This document shows, piece by piece, positions 8,862 to 17,952 of a stretch of DNA of 64,000 bases (the first letter of the stretch is position 1; each line of letters begins with the position of its first letter). Source of the stretch: a virus; IMG/VR virus record IMGVR_UViG_3300045988_180880, positions 192,001 through 256,000 of that record. One strand, 5' to 3'. The notes under the pieces are model-generated. The model searched no databases, was not told the DNA's origin, and saw only the letters and a list, made by a program, of their open reading frames with translations. Position numbers and translations under genes: made by a program.

Positions 8862-9453
8862 TAATGGAAACATAAATAGAGACAAAGTCCATTCATTGGT
8901 TGAAGTATTTTATCAACCATCATTTAAGACTTTCTATGTTAATTCAGTAGATGGAGAGACATTTGTAAAGCCTGTAGGTGTATTTGTAAGTTTAGGAATA
9001 ACTACGTCTTTGAAGGTCTTAGAAGATATCAAGAACATTATTTCCGGAAGTGAAGGTTATAGTGCGACTTTGGCAGAGATTAAATCTAAGAAGGTAGCAG
9101 GTCAGTTCTTAAATACTGTTACATGTACTACCGGACCTAAACAATATAAAATTACAAATCTTTCAGAGGATATTATGGGAGAGGAGGAGTCTAAGGCAGA
9201 ATTGGAGAGAATGAAGAACTTGATGAATCCGTCTCAAGATTTAGATATCCTTAAAGAGTATGCACCTAAGATTTCCAGGTTGCAAGACTTGATAGATAAA
9301 TTAACTTCTACACATGGTTGGGATGCTCATTTGATTCAAAAAGAGGCTTCCGGAGACTATCGAATATTCCATCAATATATTAATTATAAAAAGGAAGGCG
9401 AATTGGAATATCGTGTAGGAATATTCGTAACAGAAGATGTTGGAAACGATTAA
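8848..9453 (+). CDS. hypothetical protein
   Basis: ORF-track ORF overlapping the upstream stop; operon packing. Confidence 0.6.
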   Translation: MATINNGNINRDKVHSLVEVFYQPSFKTFYVNSVDGETFVKPVGVFVSLGITTSLKVLEDIKNIISGSEGYSATLAEIKSKKVAGQFLNTVTCTTGPKQYKITNLSEDIMGEEESKAELERMKNLMNPSQDLDILKEYAPKISRLQDLIDKLTSTHGWDAHLIQKEASGDYRIFHQYINYKKEGELEYRVGIFVTEDVGND

Positions 9454-9772
9454 GAAGGCTGTTTTAATTTCATTACTGTTATTACTTGGGTTTGGATTGG
9501 GGGTATTATATTACTCCCACTCCTCTCAAGATAAATCTAAGGGGGAAACTATATTACCTCCTCCAGAAATTATACAACCTGAAAAAAATAAAATTGATTC
9601 CCTTGAAGTAGAGATAATATCAAGGGATAGTATTATCAGTTATCTCAGAGAAAAGATTCATAGGATAGAATCTACTCGAACTGATAAAGTAGATAGTATT
9701 AGGGAATTACCGACAACAGAAGCGGTAGAATTTCTTAGACTTAAACTTAGAGAATTTGACAGTAAGTATTAA
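9437..9772 (+). CDS. hypothetical membrane-anchored protein
   Basis: N-terminal hydrophobic segment AVLISLLLLLGFGLGVLYY. Confidence 0.55.
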   Translation: MLETIKKAVLISLLLLLGFGLGVLYYSHSSQDKSKGETILPPPEIIQPEKNKIDSLEVEIISRDSIISYLREKIHRIESTRTDKVDSIRELPTTEAVEFLRLKLREFDSKY

Positions 9773-9781
9773 AGAAAATAG

Positions 9782-9850
9782 AACTTAGAGAACTTACTTT
9801 CGTGTTGATAAAAAGCACGATTACTGTCAAGTTCTCTAAGTTTTTTATTT
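9782..9850 (+). terminator. strong hairpin terminator
   Basis: 14-bp perfect stem AACTTAGAGAACTT (9782-9795) / AAGTTCTCTAAGTT (9829-9842), followed by TTTTTTATTTTT. Confidence 0.65.
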
Positions 9851-9927
9851 TTAATATTTAGTTATGATTATTAAAAGAAAATTGAAAAATTTCTCCAGAA
9901 GTAATGGTAGAGATTTAATAGAACACT

Positions 9928-10887
9928 TTGCTGTTAAGAGATTTAATATTATTGAAAAAAGAGCAAAGAGAGTATGGATTAGTTTCAGATTTATATCATT
10001 CTGGACTAGGAAGAACATATAAGAAATATGTTGGAAGAACTAGAAAATCAATAGCGAATAAATTAGAAAAAGATATTGCTTCTGCTAGAGTTAATGGATA
10101 TTTATTAGAAGGTAAGAAATATGATACTGCTGATTTTGGAGTGGAAAATAAGCTAAAAAGTTTAGCGTCTAGAAAATACAATACTAAAGTGTGGGATGGA
10201 AAGTTTACTGGGAGAGAAGAGAGTATGATTCCTACTAAAGATTTAGATATTGAGAAATCTGCAAATCTAATTGTTTTAAATTCTAGAAAGAATAAATATC
10301 CTGATTTACCTTTTACAGTACTTAGAAATACTAAAAAATATCCAAAACAAAAAGATATCAATCGATATAAAGAATATGCATCTAAAGCAAAATATAATAT
10401 TGATCATCATAGAGGAAATACATCTGGTTTAGCTCATGAAATCGGTCATGTTAAGAATTATGAAAGTAAAAACCCTATTACTAAAGTAAATAATAAGGTT
10501 GCTAATAAATATTCGGAGGAAGTAGCTAATTATGATTCTTTTAATGAAAATGGAAGTTTACTTAAAGGGATAAGTAATTACTTTAAGCAAAGAGCATTAA
10601 TAAATGAAGAATCAAATGCTTCCAAAAAAGCAATGAGGTTGCTGAAAAAATCAGGTATGAATAAAGATAAACTTAATAATTCTAAATTAGATTTAGATGA
10701 TAGTTTAAAAACATATAAGTATGGAGGAGAAGTATTTTATAAGACTCCAATAATGAAAAAGATTCAAATACCTTCTAGGAGATCTTCATCTAATAATAGA
10801 ATTAGAAATCATATTGAAAAACTTGGTGGAGATCCTAATTCTCTTCATCCAGATTTGAGACAAAATTTTTTAGAAATGGATTTATAA
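9928..10887 (+). CDS. hypothetical protein with HExxH motif (start uncertain)
   Basis: AHEIGHV motif. The track start is non-ATG. A separate ATG ORF (9864..~10020) lies in another frame. Confidence 0.5.
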   Translation: MLLRDLILLKKEQREYGLVSDLYHSGLGRTYKKYVGRTRKSIANKLEKDIASARVNGYLLEGKKYDTADFGVENKLKSLASRKYNTKVWDGKFTGREESMIPTKDLDIEKSANLIVLNSRKNKYPDLPFTVLRNTKKYPKQKDINRYKEYASKAKYNIDHHRGNTSGLAHEIGHVKNYESKNPITKVNNKVANKYSEEVANYDSFNENGSLLKGISNYFKQRALINEESNASKKAMRLLKKSGMNKDKLNNSKLDLDDSLKTYKYGGEVFYKTPIMKKIQIPSRRSSSNNRIRNHIEKLGGDPNSLHPDLRQNFLEMDL

Positions 10888-11188
10888 ATTCATTAAAGAC
10901 TTCAGATGAGATGTTTTCCTTAATTGATAGTTCGGTTGGAGAAGACCATCGAGATCTTTGTACTTTTGGAAAATATGGAATTTCTATGATAAAATTATTT
11001 TCTAAATTATCATTGTTGTAGTAAAGATCATCCTCTGTAAGTGAGCTTTCTTTTAATAATTGCTGATCATTTATTGAATATTTATCTTTGGGAATTATAG
11101 CAAAGAGTTTATATGTATCTTTTTTATAATCACTAAATCCTCCCAGTGATTTAGTCTTCTTTCTAAGGAAAAATTTAATATCTTTCAT
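10835..11188 (-). CDS. hypothetical protein
   Basis: ORF-track ORF 10835..11200; first ATG at 11188; convergent with 9928..10887. Confidence 0.45.
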   Translation of the reverse strand: MKDIKFFLRKKTKSLGGFSDYKKDTYKLFAIIPKDKYSINDQQLLKESSLTEDDLYYNNDNLENNFIIEIPYFPKVQRSRWSSPTELSIKENISSEVFNEFINPFLKNFVSNLDEEN

Positions 11189-11245
11189 AACTTTATACAA
11201 TTTTTAGATTCACTTATTAGGTTTTATCGTTAAATTAGTAGCAAA

Positions 11246-11638
11246 ATGAAAAAAATAATCTATTGTCTCTTATTATCTCTATTTTTTATCACTAAAGGAT
11301 ATTCACAAGAGATAATAGAGCATCGTGGAGATACAATGATAGTTATATCTCCTGAAAATCTGAAAACAATTAATAGCATAATAGTAGATCTTGAGTCTTC
11401 CGAAAAAATTATAAAACTTCAAGGAGATATAATAAAAGAAGATTCGATTAAGGCAGCGAATCTAGACTCAATTATAATTTATCAGTCTATGATGATGAGG
11501 AAAAAAGATGATTATTATGTTAACTCTATACAAGCTTTAGAAAATAGCTTAAAGAAAGAAAAAAGAAAACGTAAATTATGGGCAGGTGCTTTAGGTTGTG
11601 TAGCAGTAATCCTAGGTGCTCTTGCCATAAGTAATTAA
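11246..11638 (+). CDS. secreted/membrane protein (signal peptide + C-terminal TM)
   Basis: N-terminal MKKIIYCLLLSLFFITKGYSQ and C-terminal LWAGALGCVAVILGALAI. Confidence 0.6.
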   Translation: MKKIIYCLLLSLFFITKGYSQEIIEHRGDTMIVISPENLKTINSIIVDLESSEKIIKLQGDIIKEDSIKAANLDSIIIYQSMMMRKKDDYYVNSIQALENSLKKEKRKRKLWAGALGCVAVILGALAISN

Positions 11639-11644
11639 AAAGTC

Positions 11645-12100
11645 ATGGTAGAAGTAGTTATTAATTATGATCAGTCTACACAAGAATATAAGATCTACGA
11701 ACCTACGACAGATACTCTTTTGATATCTAGTAACCTGACTGAAGCGTTCGTTAATCTTTCTGTATTCTTAACATCAGCTGGATTAATTCAGGGCGACATA
11801 TTGAATTATCCAGAAATATCTTATCATTTCGACAGTCATACAGTAAAGTCGATGATAGAGAGTAATGTAAATCTCCTTAAACGTCTACAAACAGCTCCTT
11901 CAGGATTTATGATTAGTAGTCAGAAGTTTGGCGGCTCTACTACATCTCCTATCAAACCTAAGAAACAAGAAAGTGGGTTTGATAGTAATGGTTTTAATAA
12001 ATCTTATCAAGCAGATAGACGTTTTAGTGGGAAAAAGTCTTCTAGTTTTTCAGGGAAGTCAGGATTTAAGACATCTAATAAAAAATTTGGAGGACAATAA
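11645..12100 (+). CDS. hypothetical protein with basic Ser/Gly-rich tail
   Basis: ORF-track ORF; C-terminus SGKKSSSFSGKSGFKTSNKKFGGQ. Confidence 0.55.
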   Translation: MVEVVINYDQSTQEYKIYEPTTDTLLISSNLTEAFVNLSVFLTSAGLIQGDILNYPEISYHFDSHTVKSMIESNVNLLKRLQTAPSGFMISSQKFGGSTTSPIKPKKQESGFDSNGFNKSYQADRRFSGKKSSSFSGKSGFKTSNKKFGGQ

Positions 12101-12135
12101 ATAAATTTTAAAGTTATTAATAAAACTAAGAAAAA

Positions 12136-12561
12136 ATGGGATACCAATTACAAGTTAAAACATCATTTGTATCTCCGGTAACATTAAAGATATTTACAGA
12201 GAATGGATATTTACCTATTTTTATAATAAGAAATATTAGTAATTCAGAATTAATTGGTAAGTATAATGGAACGGCAGTACATTTTAGAAATTTAGCTCCA
12301 AGTACAGAATTATTTAGAGCAAAGAGAGACGGGCTTATTGATTTTACAGAATTTTCTAAGAGATATATTATTGAGATGTCGAATGTAAATTTTGTAGAGG
12401 TTATTGATAAACTTAATTACTTGGCTGAACTTAGTAATGCAAGAGGAGTTATATTAATGGGTTATGGTTCTGATGATAAAATATGTCACAGATCTATCTT
12501 ATCTAACCTAATTAACAGTATGGGAATATTAAACAGTCATATAACAGAAATAATACTATGA
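12136..12561 (+). CDS. hypothetical protein
   Basis: ORF-track ORF; operon packing. Confidence 0.55.
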   Translation: MGYQLQVKTSFVSPVTLKIFTENGYLPIFIIRNISNSELIGKYNGTAVHFRNLAPSTELFRAKRDGLIDFTEFSKRYIIEMSNVNFVEVIDKLNYLAELSNARGVILMGYGSDDKICHRSILSNLINSMGILNSHITEIIL

Positions 12562-12830
12562 GAAGTAATCCTAGAGAAATTGAAATCCAGGAAGACATAG
12601 TAGCTAAATTAGATAGACTTGACATACATCCTTATTCAATAATATGTTCTTTTGCGATAGGAGAAGGAATTATATCAATTACATTTTACCTGAAACAAGA
12701 TTTATCCGAGTTTCTTGATCTTTTAAGTTATAGAAGTCAATGTGATAAAACGGGATATTTAGTGATGGAAGATAATAATACAATAATTCTTTCAGGGTTG
12801 GCTTTAATTAATTTATATACACTATTATGA
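12558..12830 (+). CDS. hypothetical protein
   Basis: ATGA overlap with the upstream gene. Confidence 0.55.
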   Translation: MRSNPREIEIQEDIVAKLDRLDIHPYSIICSFAIGEGIISITFYLKQDLSEFLDLLSYRSQCDKTGYLVMEDNNTIILSGLALINLYTLL

Positions 12831-13312
12831 AAGATGCCTGGTTTAAAGAAGTATTTACCGAGTTTTACAAATTATCTTATATACGAGAAGGCAAATCTAA
12901 AAGAATCGTTCTAAAAGGACTTAGTGATCATAAGGTTTTAGATTATGTTATCCTAAGAATTACACCTACAGAAGATGTTATTTATTATCTCTATAATGGT
13001 TCTTCGATTCATATTCCAGAAAAGTGGATTGATCTATTTTCAAGTTTTAATACTCATTCAGGGTTTAGAGTCTTGGAGTGTTATGATAGTGATGTAGATG
13101 GATCTTTAAGTCATTTTGGATATCTTATGACAAGGTTAATTTGTCACTTAGATAAAAGTCTATCTAAAATTGAAGGAGAGGAGCTTTTGAATGTTCTTGG
13201 AGAGATAAGTGTAATTGGTACGAAAGAATTTAGAGAATGGTGCCTTGAAGAATTTGGATTAGAACTTGATCCCTTCGAATATCGTTCTTTGGATGAAAAT
13301 TTAGATATTTAA
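12827..13312 (+). CDS. hypothetical protein
   Basis: ATGA overlap with the upstream gene. Confidence 0.55.
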   Translation: MKDAWFKEVFTEFYKLSYIREGKSKRIVLKGLSDHKVLDYVILRITPTEDVIYYLYNGSSIHIPEKWIDLFSSFNTHSGFRVLECYDSDVDGSLSHFGYLMTRLICHLDKSLSKIEGEELLNVLGEISVIGTKEFREWCLEEFGLELDPFEYRSLDENLDI

Positions 13313-13322
13313 AATTGATGAG

Positions 13323-13814
13323 ATGAAACAGTTTGATATTTATACTGACGGATCTCACCTAGACAAACAAAATAATGGAAGACTTGGTATCGGAGGAGTT
13401 CTTATTGACCCTACCGGACCTGGAATGGGAACTATGCTTAATAAATTCTCAATTGAATTAACTCCTGAATATATGAATTTATCTTTTGGAGCTCAGAAGT
13501 GTAGCAATCCTAGTGCGGAGTTAGTAGCAGTTTTACATGCTTTATATGAATTTCGTGGTTCTTGGGGTCCGAATGATATTGTAGTAGTCCATGCAGATTA
13601 TCTTGGTGTTCGAGAATGGATGACTGGTAATTGGAAAGTAAAAGAACCATACATTGCTCGAATTAAAGGTGATATTGATAAAGAAATAATTAAACAGGGT
13701 TTACAAAGAAGAATTGAGTATAAGTGGGTAAAGGGACATCAGAAAAATAATGGTGTTGATGCCGATATATACTGGAATAACTATGTAGATTCTCTAGCTA
13801 AAGGCAAAGGATAA
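13323..13814 (+). CDS. rnh: ribonuclease H (RNase HI-like)
   Basis: DEDD pattern in order: IYTDGS, NPSAELVAVLHAL, VHADYLGV, KGHQ...NNYVDSLAK. Confidence 0.8.
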   Translation: MKQFDIYTDGSHLDKQNNGRLGIGGVLIDPTGPGMGTMLNKFSIELTPEYMNLSFGAQKCSNPSAELVAVLHALYEFRGSWGPNDIVVVHADYLGVREWMTGNWKVKEPYIARIKGDIDKEIIKQGLQRRIEYKWVKGHQKNNGVDADIYWNNYVDSLAKGKG

Positions 13815-13815
13815 A

Positions 13816-14340
13816 ATGTTGAATAGTTGTAGAAACTCAAGAATTGTAGGTCCTTCTGGAATTTGGGAATATGAACAGTTGATCGGTGCTAAGGTAAAAG
13901 TTAGTTCATTACCTGTTAGTAATTTCTTTGGTTGTTTCTCAGGTGGAGGAAGTAATGATCTATTAACTATTAAAGATATTTATTTTAGAATATCTCTTGA
14001 TGGAAAAACTATAACAGTGATCGAATTAACCGAGTATCCAGGGAAAATATTTACTTGGAAAGATTTGGAAATTATCGAGCTTAATGTTATTAGTAAGTTT
14101 AAAGCTGTATGTGGAACTTTCTTATCTAATCAATCAATTTGTGGATATGGAGTTGATACTGAAGCTTCTTGGATAAAAGATATGTCAAATGGAATAGCTT
14201 TTATCGATGAAAAGGGAAATATAATAACTAATCGTATAGTGAGAATCGTTGGAGCAAATGTAGAGGATATTAATACCGATACAAATGAAATTACAGATAT
14301 AGATGTAAACTTCAATGGTGATATACTAGATAAAAGATAA
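13816..14340 (+). CDS. hypothetical protein
   Basis: ORF-track ORF; operon packing. Confidence 0.55.
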   Translation: MLNSCRNSRIVGPSGIWEYEQLIGAKVKVSSLPVSNFFGCFSGGGSNDLLTIKDIYFRISLDGKTITVIELTEYPGKIFTWKDLEIIELNVISKFKAVCGTFLSNQSICGYGVDTEASWIKDMSNGIAFIDEKGNIITNRIVRIVGANVEDINTDTNEITDIDVNFNGDILDKR

Positions 14341-14345
14341 TAAAA

Positions 14346-14924
14346 ATGGCACAATCACAGTTAACAAGATTTGAATGTATTTATGCCAATCGAGATGAAG
14401 CACTTAAGGCTCTCTCATGTGCATCTAGACAATATGCTGAATTAGTTGCTGTAAGATATTATAATGAAGTTGAAGATGTTTGTATTCTTTTAGTAATTTT
14501 TAAGAGTGCAGACTTAGGTGATTTTGACATTGTTTCAGATACTATGGAATTAAGTCAAGGTCCTAGAATATTTACAGCAAAAAAACAGTCAGAGGAACAA
14601 TCAGATCAGGAGTGTATCTTGATTGCGTTGTTTGGTGAAAAACCTAAGAATGGAGATGTAGTAATCCTGACTTCTTATGATGGTACTACTTCCATTACTT
14701 ATACAATGATCGGAGGACAGTGGATAAAAACTGGTGGAACTACTGCAGATGGACTTGGAATTATATTTGAAGATTCTAATACCATCGATTTTACAATGAG
14801 TCCTGGTCCTACTGAATCTAAGAAAACATTAACCGCTGATGTAAAATTGGATAATAATAATTTGATTTATGATGAGAAGGTTGATGGAATTCGTATTAAT
14901 AAAATCTATGGAGGAACATTCTAA
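14346..14924 (+). CDS. hypothetical virion/tail-associated protein
   Basis: Lies at the head of the fibre block. Its N-terminus loosely resembles the N-terminus of the 29829 fibre. Confidence 0.45.
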   Translation: MAQSQLTRFECIYANRDEALKALSCASRQYAELVAVRYYNEVEDVCILLVIFKSADLGDFDIVSDTMELSQGPRIFTAKKQSEEQSDQECILIALFGEKPKNGDVVILTSYDGTTSITYTMIGGQWIKTGGTTADGLGIIFEDSNTIDFTMSPGPTESKKTLTADVKLDNNNLIYDEKVDGIRINKIYGGTF

Positions 14925-15110
14925 ATGAAAAAAGTAAGAAGCCCGAAAGATATAAAAGTGATCTCCGGACGTTCTGCTAGAAATACAGCTCCTTTTGTTG
15001 GAAGACTTGGTAAACCTCTTAATCCGGGGGCTCTAAAATTTAAGCAGAGTAATATTCCAGGAGGAGATATATTTAATGATTATCTCTTAGATTTAATGAA
15101 ATTAAAATAA
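14925..15110 (+). CDS. hypothetical small basic protein
   Basis: ORF-track ORF directly abutting the upstream stop. Confidence 0.5.
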   Translation: MKKVRSPKDIKVISGRSARNTAPFVGRLGKPLNPGALKFKQSNIPGGDIFNDYLLDLMKLK

Positions 15111-15120
15111 GAAAAATATT

Positions 15121-15483
15121 ATGGACTTGCTTGATAGAACTGATGTTAGTAATAAAAATCCTGGGGATTCATTAACTAGTGCTGATATCAATAGTATAAA
15201 TAATACTGTTAATGCTGCAGTTAGTTATATAAATGAAAACTTAAAAGATTTTTGTAATGCTAATGCTGAAATAAATAATTATGAAAGAAAATTAACTCTT
15301 TCGGGAGCAATTAGATTAGTACCTGAAGCAAGACGACGTAGCGGATTGAAAATTAGATTTCTTGGTAGTGAAGGTGCATATTCAGAATATATTTATAAAG
15401 GACCAGATGCTGATGAATCTAATTGGGCTAATGAAGATAATTGGAAATCTCCTTGCAACATTATTGACGGAGGAGAGTGGTAA
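15121..15483 (+). CDS. hypothetical tail-fibre-associated protein
   Basis: ORF-track ORF within the fibre block. Confidence 0.5.
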   Translation: MDLLDRTDVSNKNPGDSLTSADINSINNTVNAAVSYINENLKDFCNANAEINNYERKLTLSGAIRLVPEARRRSGLKIRFLGSEGAYSEYIYKGPDADESNWANEDNWKSPCNIIDGGEW

Positions 15484-15504
15484 GTTTAAATAATAACATA
15501 AATT

Positions 15505-15885
15505 ATGAAAAATAGTTATATAAAAACTACATGGATTGATAATAAAACTCCTGTTAATGCGGCTAATTTAAATAAGATCGAGAGTGCTTTATCAGATCTT
15601 TATACTAACGCTCTTAGTTCTTCTGAGATTTTAGAAGGAGATGGTATTAGAATTACTAATACTAGTTGTCAGTCAGATTGTTACGGTAATACTACAAAAG
15701 GTATTCAATTTTCTGTATCAGATCGTGTAATGCAATCTGATTCTTGTAAAGGTGTTGATATTGTAACAAATACCTTGGATATCCTTCAATTTGAAAAGGA
15801 TAGATTATACCTATTCTTAGATCCAGAGAGAAAAACTTTGGTTAAGATGGTAATAAACGGAGTTACTATTTTTGAAGTGAAATAA
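15505..15885 (+). CDS. hypothetical tail-fibre-associated protein
   Basis: N-terminal TTWIDNKTPVNAANLNKIESAL resembles the N-terminal motif common in phage fibre and baseplate-attached proteins. Confidence 0.5.
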   Translation: MKNSYIKTTWIDNKTPVNAANLNKIESALSDLYTNALSSSEILEGDGIRITNTSCQSDCYGNTTKGIQFSVSDRVMQSDSCKGVDIVTNTLDILQFEKDRLYLFLDPERKTLVKMVINGVTIFEVK

Positions 15886-15887
15886 TA

Positions 15888-16487
15888 ATGAGATGGAACG
15901 ATAAAAACGGATACATCACATATAAACAAGCTCTTCAAAATATTAAATCATGTCTAGGGATAGCTAAGATAGATTATTCTATGAGATGTGAATTAGCTCC
16001 GTATATCACATATATCTTAAAATATATATCAGATAGATTAACTTTACTTCCAGAAGGATCAGATGTCAAAACTTATATTCAAGAGTTTTTTGATATTCGA
16101 GATCATGGTGAAGCTAAGATTGTATTTTATGCTGTAGATGAACTTAGATGTGAACTTGGAATTGATAATGGTGAAATATACGTTGAAGGTTCTGAGATTC
16201 CATACAATGAGGATAGATTTATTTATGCATGGAGTAATGTTTTGACTGCTATGTTAGTTAGAATTTTATTCCAGTATCAAAATCTTCTAGCTCAACCCGA
16301 ATCTAATGACTGCCCTTGTAATAATGAATGTGGAAGAGGACAGACTACAGCGGATTACGAATCTTGGAGTTCTGGTGTTTATCCAGAAGATGAAAGTTAT
16401 TCTTACTATAATTATAAAGAAGTAAACAATACGGAATGGAGAACTAATAATGATGTTCCGGAGTGTACAAAATGTCTAAGACAATGA
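15888..16487 (+). CDS. hypothetical protein (Cys-rich C-terminus)
   Basis: ORF-track ORF; operon packing. Confidence 0.55.
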   Translation: MRWNDKNGYITYKQALQNIKSCLGIAKIDYSMRCELAPYITYILKYISDRLTLLPEGSDVKTYIQEFFDIRDHGEAKIVFYAVDELRCELGIDNGEIYVEGSEIPYNEDRFIYAWSNVLTAMLVRILFQYQNLLAQPESNDCPCNNECGRGQTTADYESWSSGVYPEDESYSYYNYKEVNNTEWRTNNDVPECTKCLRQ

Positions 16488-17944
16488 GTGATATAATTGT
16501 AAAAAATCAACTTCCTGAACCAACCGTAATTATTCTTAAAAATTCGGTAGAACAGGGAAAGATGCCTACTCCAGAACAGCTTGAAGTAGGTGAATTAGGT
16601 TTAGGTCTTCATGCCGGAGAGGAAAGTATATGGGTCAAAAATTCTGATGGTGTAGTTGTAGATCTTAGAGTTCCTAGAGTTGATAATTTTTGGGGTGATT
16701 TTCTCCTTGAATATGAAACTCTTGAGGAATTTAATGCAGATCTAGAAGCCGGAAAAATTAGTGATACTTCGATAGCTTTCATCAAAGGATCTAGACAGGC
16801 TTGGACTAAAGGAACTTTCTTCGCATTATCGGAGGAAGAAATAAATAAACTGATCGATAGTAAAGTATTGTTATTCCCAAGTATGACTTCTGAGTTAACA
16901 TCAGAAAGTACATCTGAAGAAATAGCAGAAATTTTTGGTGGAGCAGAGAATTTTGTTAAGCTTACTGAAAAGATTAAAGATCAGATTTCAATTGCGTCTT
17001 TAAGAGTAGATTCTGGGAAAGCGATAGTTCCTGTATCTATTCAATCTAGTATTATAGAGTGTGAAACTCAGTGTAAAAATGTATTAGTTCTAGAGTGGAT
17101 TTATTCAGGGAAATATTATTCAGAAAAGATTATCCTGAATAGTTTTACATCTGAATTCTCAGTTGAAAGAGAATTTACAGAATCTACTTTTATTGAGGTA
17201 GTAGAAAAAATAGATGAGCTTTTTAATACAAACTTAGAACTTGTAGAACCTAAGATTAATGGAACTTGGGATTTCTATAATAATGCATTCGAACCTATAA
17301 CAATTACTCCAAGTCCAAATAAATATAATCCTGTAATTGAAAATGGATATAAGGCTGTTTTCAAAGGAGTTTATACATGGACAAGTGAAGATGGAAAGAA
17401 AGATCCTACTGGAGTTGTTAAGGGTTCATTCTGGGATACTCTTACAGGTACTGATGTTAGTTCTGATATAGTAACTAGTCCTTATTATACAGAAGATGCT
17501 ACTATTTCTATTAAACTTGAAGCTCCTAAGACTGGTTTTATGGTTAGAGGAGAAGATGTTGTTAGAAGTACTGGCGTTTATGATTATACAGAAGATACTA
17601 GATCAGTAACATTCGCACATAGATTATTCTATGGTGTATCTACTAAGGGAAAAGACTTAGTAGAGTATGATATTAAATCTCTGAAAACATCTGAATTAAT
17701 TACTGAACATCCTAAAAAGACTCTAGAACATTTTTCTACAGAAATGGATGAATATGCTATTTTTGCTTATCCTAAAGTTCTTGGTGAGTTAGATAGTATT
17801 TATCAGGATGGAATTCGTGTAATTAAGGCATTTAACAAAGTAGAATTAGAAATCACTAATGGTGCTGGTGTAGTAATAGATTATATAGTTTATGTTACTA
17901 ATAATCCAGGTGCTTTTACTGATGTTGAGTTAGAATTTAAATAA
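16463..17944 (+). CDS. fibre adaptor/attachment protein, paralogue 1
   Basis: The C-terminal ~200 aa are alignable with 26604..27584 (APKTGFMVRGEDVV / APKKGFMVSGSSVV; ITNGAGVVIDYIVYVTNNPGAFTDVELEFK / VTNGAGVNIVYYVYTSKYKGAFQNVKLDFK). Confidence 0.6.
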   Translation: MYKMSKTMSDIIVKNQLPEPTVIILKNSVEQGKMPTPEQLEVGELGLGLHAGEESIWVKNSDGVVVDLRVPRVDNFWGDFLLEYETLEEFNADLEAGKISDTSIAFIKGSRQAWTKGTFFALSEEEINKLIDSKVLLFPSMTSELTSESTSEEIAEIFGGAENFVKLTEKIKDQISIASLRVDSGKAIVPVSIQSSIIECETQCKNVLVLEWIYSGKYYSEKIILNSFTSEFSVEREFTESTFIEVVEKIDELFNTNLELVEPKINGTWDFYNNAFEPITITPSPNKYNPVIENGYKAVFKGVYTWTSEDGKKDPTGVVKGSFWDTLTGTDVSSDIVTSPYYTEDATISIKLEAPKTGFMVRGEDVVRSTGVYDYTEDTRSVTFAHRLFYGVSTKGKDLVEYDIKSLKTSELITEHPKKTLEHFSTEMDEYAIFAYPKVLGELDSIYQDGIRVIKAFNKVELEITNGAGVVIDYIVYVTNNPGAFTDVELEFK

Positions 17945-17952
17945 ATAGTACA

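Noticed and set aside
9864-10020. Programmed frameshift between the ATG ORF at 9864 and the non-ATG ORF starting at 9928
   Set aside because: The overlap region has no slippery heptamer or downstream structure that I could see. An uncertain start codon or a small upstream ORF is the simpler explanation.
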